Shown piece after piece: positions 47,862 to 62,179 of a stretch of DNA of 64,000 bases (its first letter is position 1; each line of letters starts with the position of its first letter). Source of the DNA: Takakia lepidozioides. Taxonomy: Eukaryota; Plantae; Bryophyta. A model generated the notes under the pieces. It ran no database searches. It was given only the letters and a program-made list of their open reading frames with translations, and was not told the DNA's origin. The translations under genes were made by a program, and so were the position numbers. The stretch is taken from NCBI GenBank assembly GCA_030704615.1, contig CM060732.1, forward strand, positions 67,890,001 through 67,954,000. The letters run 5' to 3'.

Positions 47862-50093
47862 ATGGCTTCACGAGCTTGCAGCCTGCTTCTTCTGGCTACG
47901 TTACTCTATGCCATGGTGGCCCGTACGGAGACAGCAGCAGCTAACACTCTCCTACCCATTTCGGTCTCTCTCTTTCTTGATGTATTTGTTCTATGTGACC
48001 CATGGGCAAAACGTTTTTCTCTCTCTCCCTTGGCAGACGCACTAAATTTCTCGTTCTCCTTTCTCTTTCCTTTGGGCATTCATTCTTAGTGTTCTACTTT
48101 GTCCCACGAGCCCACTATGGATTGACATAGAGTTTCTTTGTCTCTGTCTCTGTCTCTCTCCCTTTGTTCAAATAATTTGACTGCGAGGCCTTTGGAGATT
48201 GTGGTCATCTGTATTTCACTGGACCCAGTTGGCTTCACAGTTGTAAAAGATATACTTTCTTTCTCCATTTAATCTGTTGATGGTGACGAAACAGGAGACG
48301 GAACTGCGATCTAAAAGGATGACATGCTATCAAGATATAGAGAAGTATGTTGGCCCACCCTCTTTCCCCCTATGTCCACCCGTCCTCAGAGTTGCTCATG
48401 CTCTTCTCTAGCCCTCATTCTTGCCCTAAAGTTCTCTGTGCACCCTAACTGGACAGGGGGATTATTACTGAAATGACACTGTTAAGTGCAGTAGACGTCC
48501 CGTCTGATCAATACTGGATATGTGCGCTCTCTGTTTTCTCATTTAAGGTTGAGAAGTGCTGTCAGACGATTGTCTTTCAGAGGCGGGCTGGGTACTGATA
48601 GCCCCGAGTATTGACAGTGGGCTATGGGGAGGGACGTGCAAAGCATCTGTGATTAACAAAGAGAATTGTGCACTGCGCTGTGTGTCACGAGCCTGTTATC
48701 AATCTGTCTATGGAGCTGACTCTGTAAGCCATTCTCCCTTCCCTCCTACCTCTCTGGTAATGCAAACACAAGTCACTTGCATGCTACTTTGCATTAAGGT
48801 AAAGAACTCTCAAAAAAGTGTTGGGACCAATATCATGGTTGTCTAGCACATGCATGTGCCACCATGCGTACTCGCCTCTACATTGATGCAGTAAAGGATT
48901 TCATTGAAACTAGTGGTGCTGTTCTTGATAGAGACATATGGTCTGGATGCCTGCCATGTTGGGGGTCTTACACATGGAATATCTCGATTACACAGTTGGA
49001 GGAGGGAGAAGTTGATCGGAGGGGAAGAGACTTCAAAATCTGCATCCGCAGGTGACATTCTTCCCCCAACCTTGGAAGAACTAGCATCTACTGAGAGAGC
49101 AGCTAAAAACCAGTAGCCATCCTATACCTCCTGTACGTTGAATTTGGCCAGTCTTTTAGTCATTGACTTTTGCTGGCATTCCTCTGTGTGTGTCTAATAC
49201 AGTTGATGCAATAAGCTTTCTGGTTTTTTGTTCTCTGTGCTGCAGATGACAACTTACTTTTTTGTTCTCTTTCTTCCTCGTCGAGGAGGTTTTTTTATAA
49301 TCCTGGCTTGAGTCTTTCAACCATCCAGTGGCCCTTCAGGCTGTGCATAGAGCAGTAGGCTCTGTAAATTTGCTGGACATCAAACAACACTATAGTTTGG
49401 CTCTTTGGCACTTGAGATCTCCGATGGACATACTAAATTTCTAAAAATGAAAAAAAAATCTCTCTTTATGTTTTAAAAGTTGTTTCATGTTGTTTCTTGT
49501 CGTCCCATCGGCCACCTGGGATGTTATGAAGTTTCTTTTCTTCTTACTTCCTTTCTTCCCCAACTACATTGTGCGGGATATTCTCACCAGAGAGTGACCC
49601 TCTTCAGGACAATCAAGAACATTGTCTTGGCACCTCTGTTCACCAACTTTCAAAATCTTGAGGCTGAGCCTAAAGCCCTTGCCCTGTTGGGGTCTAACTT
49701 TTGGGCTGCTCACAGACAACAGATTGATGCTTGTGTGAAGGGCTTCCTATAGGATATCTGGAAAGCCCGAACTAATTGTTTGTAACAAGGTAAGTCATAC
49801 TAACGGAGTGAGCCCAACACAAAGGTAGTTTCTGGTCCCTTTTGTTCCGCCCAAGCTGGGCACCCAAATTGGGCGCAGGGTCTATGGTCACAGGGCCATG
49901 GCAAACAGAGTCTTATGAGTACATCTCTCCCCAACTCAGTGCAAGGGGGTCTAGGGCCTCAACCAATGGCATGCAGAGTTTAATGTTCCTACCATGTGCT
50001 GCAGCTTGAATTTGTTTGTTATTGGGTTGGGGGTTTGGTGGCAGAGAGGGGAAGGCGGAGAGGGCTTTGAAAGGAGCAGGCTACACCGAGTAA
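47862..50093 (+). CDS. DUF4787-family secreted protein; exons 47862-47963, 48295-48344, 48618-48723, 48996-49051, 50045-50093
   Basis: Signal peptide, then ELRSKRMTCYQDIENGLWGGTCKASVINKENCALRCVSRACYQSVYGADSLEEGEVDRRGRDFKICIR. The GT-AG junctions are in frame. Confidence 0.85.
49560..49924 (+). mobile_element. LINE family A 3' fragment (intronic)
   Basis: Encodes HCAGYSHQRVTLF...EAEPKALALLGSNFWAAHRQQIDACVKGFL and ends cttatgagtaca followed by tctctc. Confidence 0.85.
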
Positions 50094-53000
50094 TATTTCC
50101 GAGGTAATTACATTCATAGCACAGTCACAAAGCTTTCCCAGGAGCTGGCATTTTTTACTCAACATTGCAACAAATTTGAAGAGAATTTTGAGCTAATTCT
50201 TGGAGGGTTCTTGTTTGAGTTCAGATAACTACTTTTTCACAGAGGTGTGAATTTTGCAGAGACAACAGCAAAGGGAAGAAAGAGAGTGGTCTGAATGCTG
50301 AGGTTAGGATCTCATGTACGTTGAAACAGGGCATATCGAGCTGCAACAGTTGGCGGCTTATGCTAGCACTGATCACCATGATGGCAAGGTCAAGGACCAA
50401 CAACCAGCAGCAGACAGCCCAGGGCACTTTCCACCACAGTAAACTCCAATTTTAATGGTCTGAAACCCAAACTGGCCTGTTGCCACCTAGGATAAGAAGA
50501 ATTTGGAGTAACTTAACAAATTTTTACAAGGACTCGTTGTCAGTAACTGGTTCCCTGTCACTGAATGCCGTCTTTGCCCTTTTATCTACATTATGCCAAA
50601 TGTAGAGGGTCTTGCTCTGATATTCAAGTGTTTTAAAGTCAACATGATGGAGTGCAAGTTCCGTTGGGTGAGTTACATTTGGTGGTTCTCTAATGACATG
50701 AAAGTTCTTGCATTTCTTTCTGCTTAGATTCCCCATCAAACACTTTATTTCATAGCTCAACTGCAACAAGGGTGTGAGCGATAGCTTGTAGCCAGTACCC
50801 AGTTTGTGGGGGAATACTTTTACTACTTTCGGGTGATCATCCTGTGTATTGATTGAACCTTTCAAAGACTGCGTTGTTCCACTGAAACTTTTGGGCAGGA
50901 TTTAGCGGACTGAACTGTGAACTGTGAAACCTCTCACTACTCCATCTTGCAGGCCCGTTTATCTTCTTTGATGAACTGGGGAAGTGGATGTGTTTGCCCC
51001 AGATTCTTTCTTCGCCTATGTAGTTGAGTAGCAGAAAACCTGAGCTTGCAGCAGGTCATCCCTTTCCAGTCCACAGCCACATTCCAGTTGTGTTGAGAGT
51101 TTAGAGCTGCAAGGACTCCCACATCACTACATTTTAGTTGAAGGGCCTTTCTCATGATACGTCAGGCTCTCAACATGCCAAGAGCCTACAACAGCATTTG
51201 CACCTCAAACTCAGCAATACAACACATTCCTTGAAAGCCTCCATGGAATTCCGTGCTCCTTGCAACCCACAACCCCTCAGATATTCAAAGGGGAAAAGCA
51301 GGTCTCCGACAGCCGCCTACATTCAAGGAACTGGGTGCTTTCTGGTGGGAGCAAGATGCCCATTGTTACCCCAGAAAGGCACTTTTGGATGGCCCCAATA
51401 CAGTACAAGTACTAAGTACTTACACCACTTTATCTTATTATTACCTTTTAGGCCAACTTTTAGTCTCCAAAAGGCTACTGTTGGCAGGGGGGTATCTAGT
51501 ACCTAGCACCTACATCCTTTTTCTCACCTGGGGTAAAGATGGCAGTACATATTGAATATCGGAAGACCTATAATTCCACCATGCATTCCGCCAAGTGGAA
51601 TGCACCGTGACGAATTCTTCTTTTTAACGGCACGATAAATACAAACAAATTTTTTTGGCAGTGCTTTACGAGTCCGTAATGAGCTTGTCGAAAGTATGGA
51701 GAAACTAAACTACCGACCATTCCAGAATTCAACCTAATGTATGGAAACGGAACTCCTTGCATTGCAATGGCAACAATCATATATATATATGTATGTATGA
51801 GGCCAGCCGAAGCTAGTATAAATAAGAGCCTCTTCCCCTTCTGGGTGCTGCTCTCTTTCACGGGTGGCTCTATTTTATGTATGTACATATGTACATGGTA
51901 GCCAAACTGGTTTCAAGTCTCTCCTTCTGCTTGTTATAGTGAAGCACAGAAACCAACACCCTGGCATCTTTGTCTCTAATTTTTAGTCCAGACTGTAGTT
52001 GGCCATGTACATTTGAGCGCGGATCCTAAATTACACTGTGCTGGGCACATCTTTTTGTTGTATCATCAGTATCCTTTCCTCTTGCCGTATTTTGACGATC
52101 CAACACATCAATCAGAAGAGCCACCAGAGGATTCCATTGCCACCATTGAATCCCCTCACACATAAATATTAGCATGCCCAAATGCTCAAATGGAGTTCAC
52201 TCCATTAGATTTAGCTGAAGCACAATAAAATGGAGTATAAAATGTTATTGGAATTAAGATACCCAAAGAAAAAAGGGTACCCCATGTATTAGTGTTTGAT
52301 GTGATCAGACAAAAAAGGTTCACATGGGCCGCTGATGTCACCCTCACTGCCCTGAGAGCAGATGTGACATTGATTGGTTGGATATTTATTAAACGACAAG
52401 GCATCAATTTTAGGAATCTGTGTGGACGTGCAATAAGATTCTTCGTCCATCCACCACACAGATATGGCACTGTGCCCAACGGGCTGCCCTCGGGGAAAAC
52501 TGCCTTTTGGCAATGTCCCCAAACTATGTCTGTGGGGTGTATGTGAGTGTACTGTGGAGGTACCCAGACAAGCGATGGTTGCATGGGGGAATGGGGAAAC
52601 AAGAACAGGCTTTCCAGGAGCTTGGCAGCATTCATGAATCATTGCTGCCTTGTCCTCTCTCTTCATTTGGACTCTGACCTCCTTGCAGCTACGCCCAATT
52701 TGGATGCTCTACCTACCTACCTAAGTAGTTTCGCCCAGATTTGATATGGTTCTACTCTATCGCAGGAAACCCAATCCGAGATCTTATTCCTGAAGACTTC
52801 AAAGTCAATCACCAAAGTATCCGCCATCTACAAGCACCTAAACAAAGTGTAGACAAGAAGTGAGGTTTTCCTTTGAAGACTAAAGTATGACTCTCACACA
52901 TTCCATGGAGGAGGAAGTGCTAAGACTTTTATGTGAAGGAACTTTTAGGGGGCAAGAGATACAGGTTTTTCTTCACAGTAATGTTTCATGAACAGTGAGA

Positions 53001-53716
53001 TATGCATGTGCAAGCAAAGAGATCCTAGAGCTTAGGCGAGAAACTAGGAAATACAAACCGGCCATCTTTTGCCTTTACAGGGATATGAGAATTGACTGCT
53101 TCAAGTCAACTTGGGTTTGGGGATTGGGATGACGGTCATCGGCGATGTCGTGACGCAGTAAATGCCAAGTTTATGAGACTAACTTCAGAGGTGTGAGAGT
53201 GTTCACTGGTTAGTTCAAGTGACCTGCAGGTGTCGCGCAACCGTCTGTAACTTAACAGAGTTACAAGCTGGCACGTCCACAGTCATCTCTTTCATGCTGT
53301 GGACTTGATTCGTACAAATGGCAATGAATCCGATCGGATCTGACTTTCGAGGTTACATAGCGTGTTATTCCTTCAATAAAATCAGATGATCCGAGCAGTT
53401 TGTAGGCTTTCCAATTCTCGACGTTAATGATGACGATGCTCTTTATATATACTATAGTATTTGGAGCAGTTGACAATATCTGACAGAAGCCCCCGGTTTA
53501 GATATGGGTGCTTTCCGAGGAACAGGTCGAGCAATACCTGGGCAACTATAATTGGAGTATGCCAAATCCGAGCCTTCATTGGACGACAACACCGGAAGGT
53601 GGAGGTTTCAATCACCGCCTTCAAAATCAGTGGACTTGGAGCATTGTCACTGTGTCTGTGTGTGCAGCTAAGTGGAAAGCGACTGCTGACTGTTCTTAGA
53701 AGCCTGATCCAGTGCC

Positions 53717-53718
<2 letters not shown>

Positions 53719-53748
<30 letters not shown>
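53719..53748 (+). repeat. (GA)n microsatellite
   Basis: Dinucleotide run upstream of the F-box gene. Confidence 0.9.
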
Positions 53749-53756
<8 letters not shown>

Positions 53757-54135
53757 CGCCTAGTGTTCCGTCTTCAATGCACTCTCTTGCCTGGTGACTT
53801 GTATGTAGCTGACAGTGCTACCAGTTGTCCATTCCAGAGTCGACCCACACTGTAATATCCTCTTCACCAAGGTCAATACAATCCGACCGCTTGCTTCTCA
53901 CTACAAGTCCGTTTACAAAGGAGCGTAATCAATTGTCTTTTCTAGATTGTGAGCTCTGGTCATATTCTCTCTCCTTCTAAGCCTTCTCACTTTCCCACTC
54001 GGCTCTAGATCCTTCTCTCCTCTCCCTCGCCTGCCTCAGACTCTGACCAAGACCATAACAAAGATGCGTTTGAGAGGGGGGAGTTGATAGGGGTTTTAAA
54101 CATCTTGAGCACACCTCTTCTTTCCGACGGTTGTC

Positions 54136-55323
54136 ATGGAGCCCGCCCACACGTCTGCACGGGTACGAACTCTTCTCTCCCCCCCCAAGGTTTTCAACAA
54201 CCAAGGAGGCGCTACCGAGATAAGCAATGCAGACTCTCTCCTGGCGGAGCTTCCGGAGCACTTGGCTCTGGAGTGCTTGGCGAGGGTGCCTCTGACCTCT
54301 ATCTGGGGGGTGAGTAGAGCATGGCAGAAGCTGATCTACGATTCTCAGTTCCAGGATCTTCGAGTCCAACGAGGGACTACCGATCTCGATTGGGTCTACA
54401 CCCTTGTGCGGTCGGAGGAGGGGTCTTTTCGATGGTACGCGTTTGACTCCCTGGCTGGCCAATGGCATGACCTTCCTCCTGTTCCACATGTGATGGAATT
54501 CCAGCTCTCTGACCCTGGGTGCATTGGGGTCTCTTACTCTGTTCAATGCGCCAGCACCCGAAACAAGCTGCTGATGGTTGCTGGTCTAAGGGCGAAGAAA
54601 GATGGCCAGCCTCGCATGTCGCTGGAGCCAGCTCTTGAACGTCCCCTCGTTTTCGACACGTCTAGCTGCCAATGGAAGATATGTACTTCTCTCAGCGTAC
54701 CTAGGAAATGGTGTGTCTGCGGGGTTGCAGATGAGAAGCTCTATGTGGCTAGTGGCTGTGGTAAGGAATGGAATGTGGAACTGTCCAAAACTGCCGAGGT
54801 CTATGATCCGGAGAAAGATACGTGGGCGCGCTTGAATAGTCTCTCCTCTTCCAAGTTTAGTGGGGAGGCAACAAATGCGGTTACTGTGGGGGGCGAGCTG
54901 CACATCATTAGTGGGAAGGGTGTCTTCTCCAAGGTGGGTGCGGTTCACAATCCAGCTACAGGTCTGTGGGCAGATATGGCCCCGGGCCTTAGGAAGGGCT
55001 GGACTGGGCAATGTGTCGCTGTTAACGAAAAGTTCTACGTCCTTGATGAATCTGCTGGGAGACTCAAGGTCTATGATCCAGAACATGATGACTGGAAGAT
55101 TGTTATGGAGGATTCGAAGCTCCGGAACTTGGAGAATATTGTTAGTTCTAAGGGAAAGATCTGCGGGATCGTTGATCCAACAGGGACCGGACCTGCATCT
55201 ACGAAAGGGAGTTTGTTAAGGATTGTGGATTTGGCCTATCAACCAGCACGCATATTTGACTTGAGTGTTTCCTTTGGCCAAGTTGTTTCCGTGCAGGTGC
55301 TCTCCAGGATGGTTGTACAATGA
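54136..55323 (+). CDS. F-box/kelch-repeat protein (395 aa, intronless)
   Basis: F-box LLAELPEHLALECLARVP...VSRAW, followed by kelch repeats (PRKWCVCG...KLYVASG, AEVYDPEKDTW, LKVYDPEHDDW). Confidence 0.92.
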   Translation: MEPAHTSARVRTLLSPPKVFNNQGGATEISNADSLLAELPEHLALECLARVPLTSIWGVSRAWQKLIYDSQFQDLRVQRGTTDLDWVYTLVRSEEGSFRWYAFDSLAGQWHDLPPVPHVMEFQLSDPGCIGVSYSVQCASTRNKLLMVAGLRAKKDGQPRMSLEPALERPLVFDTSSCQWKICTSLSVPRKWCVCGVADEKLYVASGCGKEWNVELSKTAEVYDPEKDTWARLNSLSSSKFSGEATNAVTVGGELHIISGKGVFSKVGAVHNPATGLWADMAPGLRKGWTGQCVAVNEKFYVLDESAGRLKVYDPEHDDWKIVMEDSKLRNLENIVSSKGKICGIVDPTGTGPASTKGSLLRIVDLAYQPARIFDLSVSFGQVVSVQVLSRMVVQ

Positions 55324-57879
55324 CGATAAAGGAGGGCACTGTTTGCCCTATTGAATTTTTTGTAAGACTTGTGGAGACGCCGAGCTTACAACTGTCCAGC
55401 AGGCCGGTGTGCCCGCCTGTTAGATGCAAACGGTGGGAAGCTGTAGATTACTACATGTCTCTAGATGAGGTGGAAAACAATTTCCCAGCGACGATTTGGA
55501 CCTCCGTGGGCATCACACTTAGCGGTCAATTGTGGAGGAAGCAGGAAGCGCGCCATATTCGATTGTTGCACGACTGTGCACAAATCACAAGCCTGTGGAA
55601 GCCTCAACTTTATAAGAGGTCTCTTGTGATGATGGTTCTTCTGTATGTCTCGGATCCTTCAGGCTATTTCTTGGACCTTATTCCCAGTTGAGGGTCGAAG
55701 AGAGTAGGGGGTGACATGTGCAGCGACACGCAAATGCTCTCAAGAATATGGGGCGAGTCTCCTCAGAGCCTTTGACTCCTCTCCGGACAATATCATGACC
55801 ACTTAGCAAGACCGCCGCTCCGATTAGGCAAGAATTCCAAAACTGGGGCTCATCAAAATTTTGAGCCGCTGAAACAGAAACGTTGGAGTCCTCCTAGATG
55901 TGGAAATCTTCTGATTTAGGCTCCTTTTGTTTCTTTGCTCTGGCGTCATATCACTCTTGGTTCAGTTATACGAATTTTCTGGTTCAGTTCTAATTCGAAT
56001 TTGGTTTCTGAACCAAAACTAATTTCTGGACTCATTTTCACAGCACACATGATCTTCAGCTCTTGTTAGCTGGTTCTCCACTCCATCAGCGGCAGCTACC
56101 TGTTTTGCTTCTCTAGTTTTGGACAGGACTGTGTGGTCTAGTGAATTCCTGTCTGTCATCCTAGCGCGTACTTCACTGACCAGGCGTTCCCTGGTTTGTC
56201 TCTTTTCTGGTTTGGGAAGTGCCCAGGCTCCTCCGATGTGTACTTCTCCCCAGAGTTATTTTTCCTTGGCTTCCTCCATCCCCAGTTTCAAAAATAAAGA
56301 CAGGAGTTCCAATGCCTGAATATGCATTTTTGTGTGCTTTCAGTTCCAATTCAGGCATTGTGTACACAGTCTCGTGAACAGGTCTTACACTTGGCACACA
56401 CACATTCACGTGTTATGCAGAGAGAGCTTCAGATCATGCAGAAAGATATCACAGCTACCAAACTAAGTGTCGTCCACCTCGTTTATATTTCACAGATATG
56501 TACACTTTGCTACTCAGAAGGATCAGTTGGCAAATTGTGCAAGTATTTCAGCAGCCCCAGGGTGACCCTCTTACTTCTCTGTGACCATCATTAAGATACG
56601 AAGACCGCACAAAGAAGGACTCCATGGTGAGCTCTGGAAGTGGGTGTGCCGTTCACGGCACCTCCCGTGCCTACCATGCCCTTGTTGCCGCATCAAAGCT
56701 AAGAATCAAAAACCTATTTTTGTAGTTACTTTTAACTTTTAACCTTGGTAGGTGCGGGAATATGGGGTTCTTCTATCGTTAGGCTGCACGATGCACCCAA
56801 ACAGCTCCCTCGAGTGCATTCCGAAATGCAGAATGCACCGGCCATTAGATTTTCTTAAGAAAATTTTGGCATTTCCTTAGGGAGGTAACGCCCCTCGTGT
56901 CATTACCATATACGTAATCCATTTCAGGTTATATTCCCTGGCCTTAGTGATATTTTCCGGGGGGCCTTGTAGGCTGGAATCCAGCGGTTCCATCATGTAA
57001 AGAACTGCCCTAACTTTTCCTTTACTTATGTTGACCTTGAAAAGCAGAATACCTGAGGCGGCATTCTACGTGGTGGAACGTCCTCCACTTGAGGCCGTCC
57101 CTTCTACAAGTGACCTTTGGGTGCCTCCAAGAGATGGACCTTGAGTATATGCAACCCTTCCACTAGTCTAACAGACCACCTTACATACTTTTGAAATTTA
57201 GAGAGAGATCAGTATGTAGCTGCAGCATCTTTGGTGCTACTGTCTAGATCCGAACAAACTTCGTAGATTGTTGCAAGAAATTTCAAAAGCTTCACGTACT
57301 GTCGGAGTCCCAACCAAGTGGGCACACTTTGCCAACCAGCAAATGGAGAAGTGACCTGCCACACCCAAAAAGATAGATCCATTTTTCTTGATATTAAGTT
57401 GGGAAGTCTGGATACTTACTCAACCTCCGCAATCTCTCTTCAGGAAGCTGTTGCACAATCAGATCCTTGCATGGTAAAGCTTCATTCTTATATCTGCGCA
57501 GAAGACATCTGTTTATGTACCTACTATAATGCAAACAATCCTGAATCTCGGCACATAATATATTCTACATTGAGACCCCGAAAGCTGCCAAAGGAAAAGA
57601 TTTGATGCCAGCTGCTTAGTGATTAGTGTGAAAGCTCTGGTTTCCAAGAGATTTCTTGAGCAATTGGGTTAATCATACCTATAAAAAGCAGCTATAATTC
57701 AGTGAAACATCAGCTTTTGTTAAGACATGTTTAGTGGGGAGAGGACTACATAAGTTAGGAGAGCTGTACAGTTTGGGGAACTGCCAGTACCTGGTGCCCA
57801 AAAGCATACTGGTGGGCTAGCTATTGGTGAAGACCGGAGGCTTGTGCCTTGGCCGAGCAGATTTATGGAAGTTCAATAA

Positions 57880-58915
57880 CCCCTAAAGGATGAGAGAGGG
57901 GTACTTGCAGTGCAAAATTTTGGTCTTGCACCGAACATCCAATGGACCATGGACTAAACGGCCACTGTCTGAAAGGTGTTTTTGGGTATTTGGACAATTC
58001 CGGGACCCACCCTCACACGTCAGCGGCTAGCTGCCCGCCAACATTCATCCATGTGGATGAACCGTACAAACTGCTTCCTACCTTGTAGTTGGGGAGATTA
58101 TAACACTTGAAGACGGTGCATTTTTTTGAAAATGGAAAAAACAAAGCAAAAGTTCATGTTTGACCAAGCAAATTATCCATGATCCCAAATTTTCCTGGGA
58201 GAAAAAGTGCTATATTCCTGTGAAGTGCACAATCCCAAACCCTCACACCAAATTTCACCCCAATCTGCGAAAATGAAAGGGGGGGTGCTTAGTATGTGAC
58301 TGGAATGGGGGTCCAAAAAGAGAATTTGCAAAGGAAATGGTATAGGCCCCATTGGTACCCCAAATTCTCCTTCATTTGGGAATTCCAACGGTCAGTCCCT
58401 CATAGGCCAAGAACTACACAAGCCTGCCCAATTTCCCCCTAAATTGCATTTGGGATGTGGGATTTGGTGAAATTTCCGGCCTCCTCCGTGTCAGGCAATA
58501 GGTGGCCGTAATTTCGCCTGAATCCGTCGACGTTTTTCGGGCCACGTCGAGGTTTCCCATTATTTGCCAGGGCCAGCTCATTCGAGCAGTCCCTGTCTTC
58601 GTCGGTGTTTTGGGGAGGGCCTCACAAGCAACCGACTCCAACCCCTCCATTGCCCCCCCCCAAAAAAAATACCACCGGCATCGATTGTCAACTGCGTCGA
58701 TGGTCAACTGCCGTGCCCCCCCTCACCCAAAATCCTGCAATTTCCAAACTTCAAAAAATTCCTGGTGGCGGAGTTTTTCTCTGTTTGGGGGCGCCATAAA
58801 GACCTGTGTGCACAGGTCGTTCCGCGCTACATTTTTCGTTCATCAAACTTCATCCGTGCATGCTACGAATGGATGAAAAATTGGGCCGACCTGGGGTCGG
58901 CTCGTCGTTTAGGGG
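57880..58915 (+). mobile_element. piggyBac-type MITE (complete, ~1036 bp)
   Basis: TIRs CCCCTAAAGGATGAG / CTCGTCGTTTAGGGG flanked by ATAA and CTAA (TTAA variants). Non-coding, with a homologous copy at 24455-25240. Confidence 0.8.
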
Positions 58916-61900
58916 CTAAGACGCTGCCAAGCTTCTTTTAAGTAACTGACATAGCATGGAAACCGCAAGCGTCTCTCAGCAATTGGCCAAAAAACAAATG
59001 GGACCACTCCATACCGTCCTTATAACAAATGACATCAGAGTTTCACCACGACTCACGAGCTCCAAGGGCGAGTGACAGTCAAACTGCACATTCCAAGATG
59101 GATGTGATCTGAGCATGTACAGAGTCCCTGACAATGTCACAAACGATACCTTGAATGGATCTCTGCCATTGCAGAAGAGATTGACTCGGATTGGCCAGCA
59201 TCACAGAACTTCCGACCTGCTTCCAATGAAAGCATAAAGTGCTCATCTGTCCGGATCGAAAATGCCTGATTTCTTCTCCGATTTTCCTACTCACAAAAGT
59301 GGTACCACTTCGCTTTGTGGATTTTTTATTTATTGGTGATGGAAAAGACAACAAGCCTGGCCATTTAGGGCCGAGGTTGGCCGTTATGAAGTGGCTCTTC
59401 AGCAGTAGCAGGGGCATACAAACTTCAAAGGAGCAGGTTGGCGCCGCTCACAGGCTGGGGAGCAGCGATGATTATATCCGAGTTGCTCGTGCCCACGCTC
59501 TGCCAGACTGCCAGCTCTCGGTCGGCTTCACATTGCAGTTTCGGGGTTTTTCTAGACAGCCAAGGTGTTGTAATGATAGCGAGCCTTGATGCAAGACCCC
59601 AGATCATCAAAGTGGATTTCTTTGTTGCCTTCTCAGCATTTCTGAGCCTGAAGATATCACCTAACATATCTCACTTACCCAGAGCAGATAAACTGCGAAA
59701 GGAGGTTTCACTGTGGAGGGATACCTACAAAGAGGTGGGGTAATTATAGCTGCAGTGAGAGCTCAGTAGGACAAGATCTTTTTATTCAGGGACAGCTAAA
59801 CTAGTTGCAACTGATGAAGAATTCAACACAACAGCTCTAAGTGGCCAAATAACCTTAGAAGGTTCACTCAAGAAGAAGAGGAGGAAGAACTCCAAGAAGC
59901 TTTGCTCCAAGCAAGATTGAACTGATGTGTACAAGTTATATCTCTCTTTTAAGTGTGCAGGGAATTTTTTCTTTTTTTTCCCTCCGCCTGGGCTACTACA
60001 GAAGCAATGTGGAATTTGCGACCCTGAGGTCCAACCTAAACTGATAGCTCCACCCAGAAAGAGACAAGATTCTTGCTGGAGAAGAAAACCGATCCTAGCC
60101 GGAGGAAGTGAAAAATAAATGCCTCATCTTGGGATGTGGTAGTTCTGGAATAAAACATTACTAAACCATTCATGCACGCATTCATCAATTATTCTTCCAG
60201 GTTAGGAAGTCTTCCAAACTGGTGAAGTGTAGAAACTTAGAAAAAAAGAGAAGGGATAGGTTAGTTATTCTCAAGAGGAAAGAAGATTTTTTATCAGGAC
60301 CGGACGAGAGCTACAAGAGTAATGGGAAGGAGGCAGGTACAGAGGGGGGGAGAGAGTTCTTGGACTTTCCTTGGTGTAGCCTTGGCCAATCGCCCAGTTT
60401 TGGAGGAGCCGAGAGAGAAGAGAAAGAAAGAACGAAACAAAACAGCTTTATAATGTGGGCAAAAGGCCACAAGAGGATATGGGAATGCTTGTGGCCGTCA
60501 TAAACCTAAATACATTTTCGCTCATAGATGCCAGAGCAACAAATACAAGAGCTAAGGAAAGAGGTTTGGGGGTAGCTCACTTCTGCCTTGTTTGCGAATC
60601 TTCTTCAATGCCTAGTCGACTGGCCAGCAATGATCGTTCCAATGGGATTTCAGGCTGCCCAGCCTCTGCCAACCAAGCACCATCCAATCCCTTTGATGGT
60701 CTGCTCTATCTACTCACTGTTTCCGTATGCTCTTTGAGAATTGATCAATCTAAGTCCATCAAAAGCCTCTCACGATATATTATGAAAGGGAGGTGCATGA
60801 AAAGTTGCACGACATTACCAAGATCTGAGCAGAATTGACACTGAACAGAGCTGGTGCATGGGGTTTTCGCATGTGTGTCTGGTTTCTCTTCCCTCGCTGG
60901 CATGCTTTATGGTGTGACAAACAATGAGGTAACGGACCAAGACTATCGTTGAGAACAAACTAGAGGACTCTTAGTAGAGAGAGAGTCCACAGGGGATTTC
61001 CCCGAGGCATCACATTTGTATTGGCTAGGGTAAAGCTTAGTGTCCCAAACAGGACACAATTGGTGGTGAGAGAGTACTGGCAACTGCTTATGCAACCACA
61101 CACAGGAACAGCCGGATATGCGCACCCTAAGCCCTTCTGTGATCTGTAAATGCTGCGAATGAAGTGCCCAGGGCATACCTTATAGTGATACAACTTCTGA
61201 AACACTAAGGAAACATATCAAAAAATGAAGTGCATTCATCAACTCTCTCTCTCTCAGGTTGGTGCGCATGCATTTCAACTTTCTTTATATAACACAGCCT
61301 TTCTGCAACATCCCTGCTACCTACAAACCTAGCACGTCTGGAAATCTTTTCGAAGTATAACAGGAATGTAAACATTAGGGAAGAGCTGATGGAACCCCAT
61401 GTCAAGTGGACCTGGAAATGAGCGACACTCCCCACAACTAAGTCACAACTCTATTGAGACACCTTCCCTGTCGCACGAGGATAGAATCTTACAGCCCTAT
61501 TACTTGGTTGCGGTTCTCTCTCCCTCTGTTCTGGGCATTGGGACAATTCAAAGTGGGCTCACATCGCATAAGGGTGGCGACGGCCAGATGGGCTAATGTG
61601 CAATGTGCTGACCACTATTGTCTTGCTTGCATTAGACAAGACCGAGACGGATTAAAGGACATTCCTTCTTTCACTGTTCTCTCTCTTAACAAGAGAGAGC
61701 GCCTTATGCCTGTTTAAAGACAGCCACTTCCTGGCAGAGGTGTTATATTCTGTGGATCTAAGATGTTGTGTTGCATCTCTGCTTGAGGCCCTCACCTTTA
61801 GGGAATATCCCTCGAAGGTGATTTACAGTTTCCTGGTTGTGTTGGCTAGTTGCTTAGGACCCCACTTTCCTCTTCTATCTTGTTTCCTATTTCGTTGTCC

Positions 61901-62179
61901 AGAAGCTCTTTGAATTTCCTATGGATGATATAAAGTTTCTTTCTTCCGTTCTTTCTCAGACACAGGCGTGCACATAGGCCTCCACTGGACATGATTTTTT
62001 TGTCTTTCTTTCTTTCTTTCTCCCCCTTCTTCTTTTACTTAAAAAATTCAAAAAAGCTTCTTCTTTTACTGCCCTCTTTACTATGAGATCCGTGGGAGAT
62101 TCCACTGTCTGTTCCGTGAAACCCAATCTCTCACACAAGTCTTCCCTTATGAGGATCAGAAATGCTTGGCAGCTTACCT

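Noticed and set aside
56000-61700. Exon-like stretches (57190-57510, 59080-59740) and hairpins (56645-56660, also 51581-51605) suggesting a gene, Helitron end or HDV-like ribozyme
   Set aside because: I could not assemble an in-frame model or a full consensus (no CTRR terminus, no complete nested pseudoknot).
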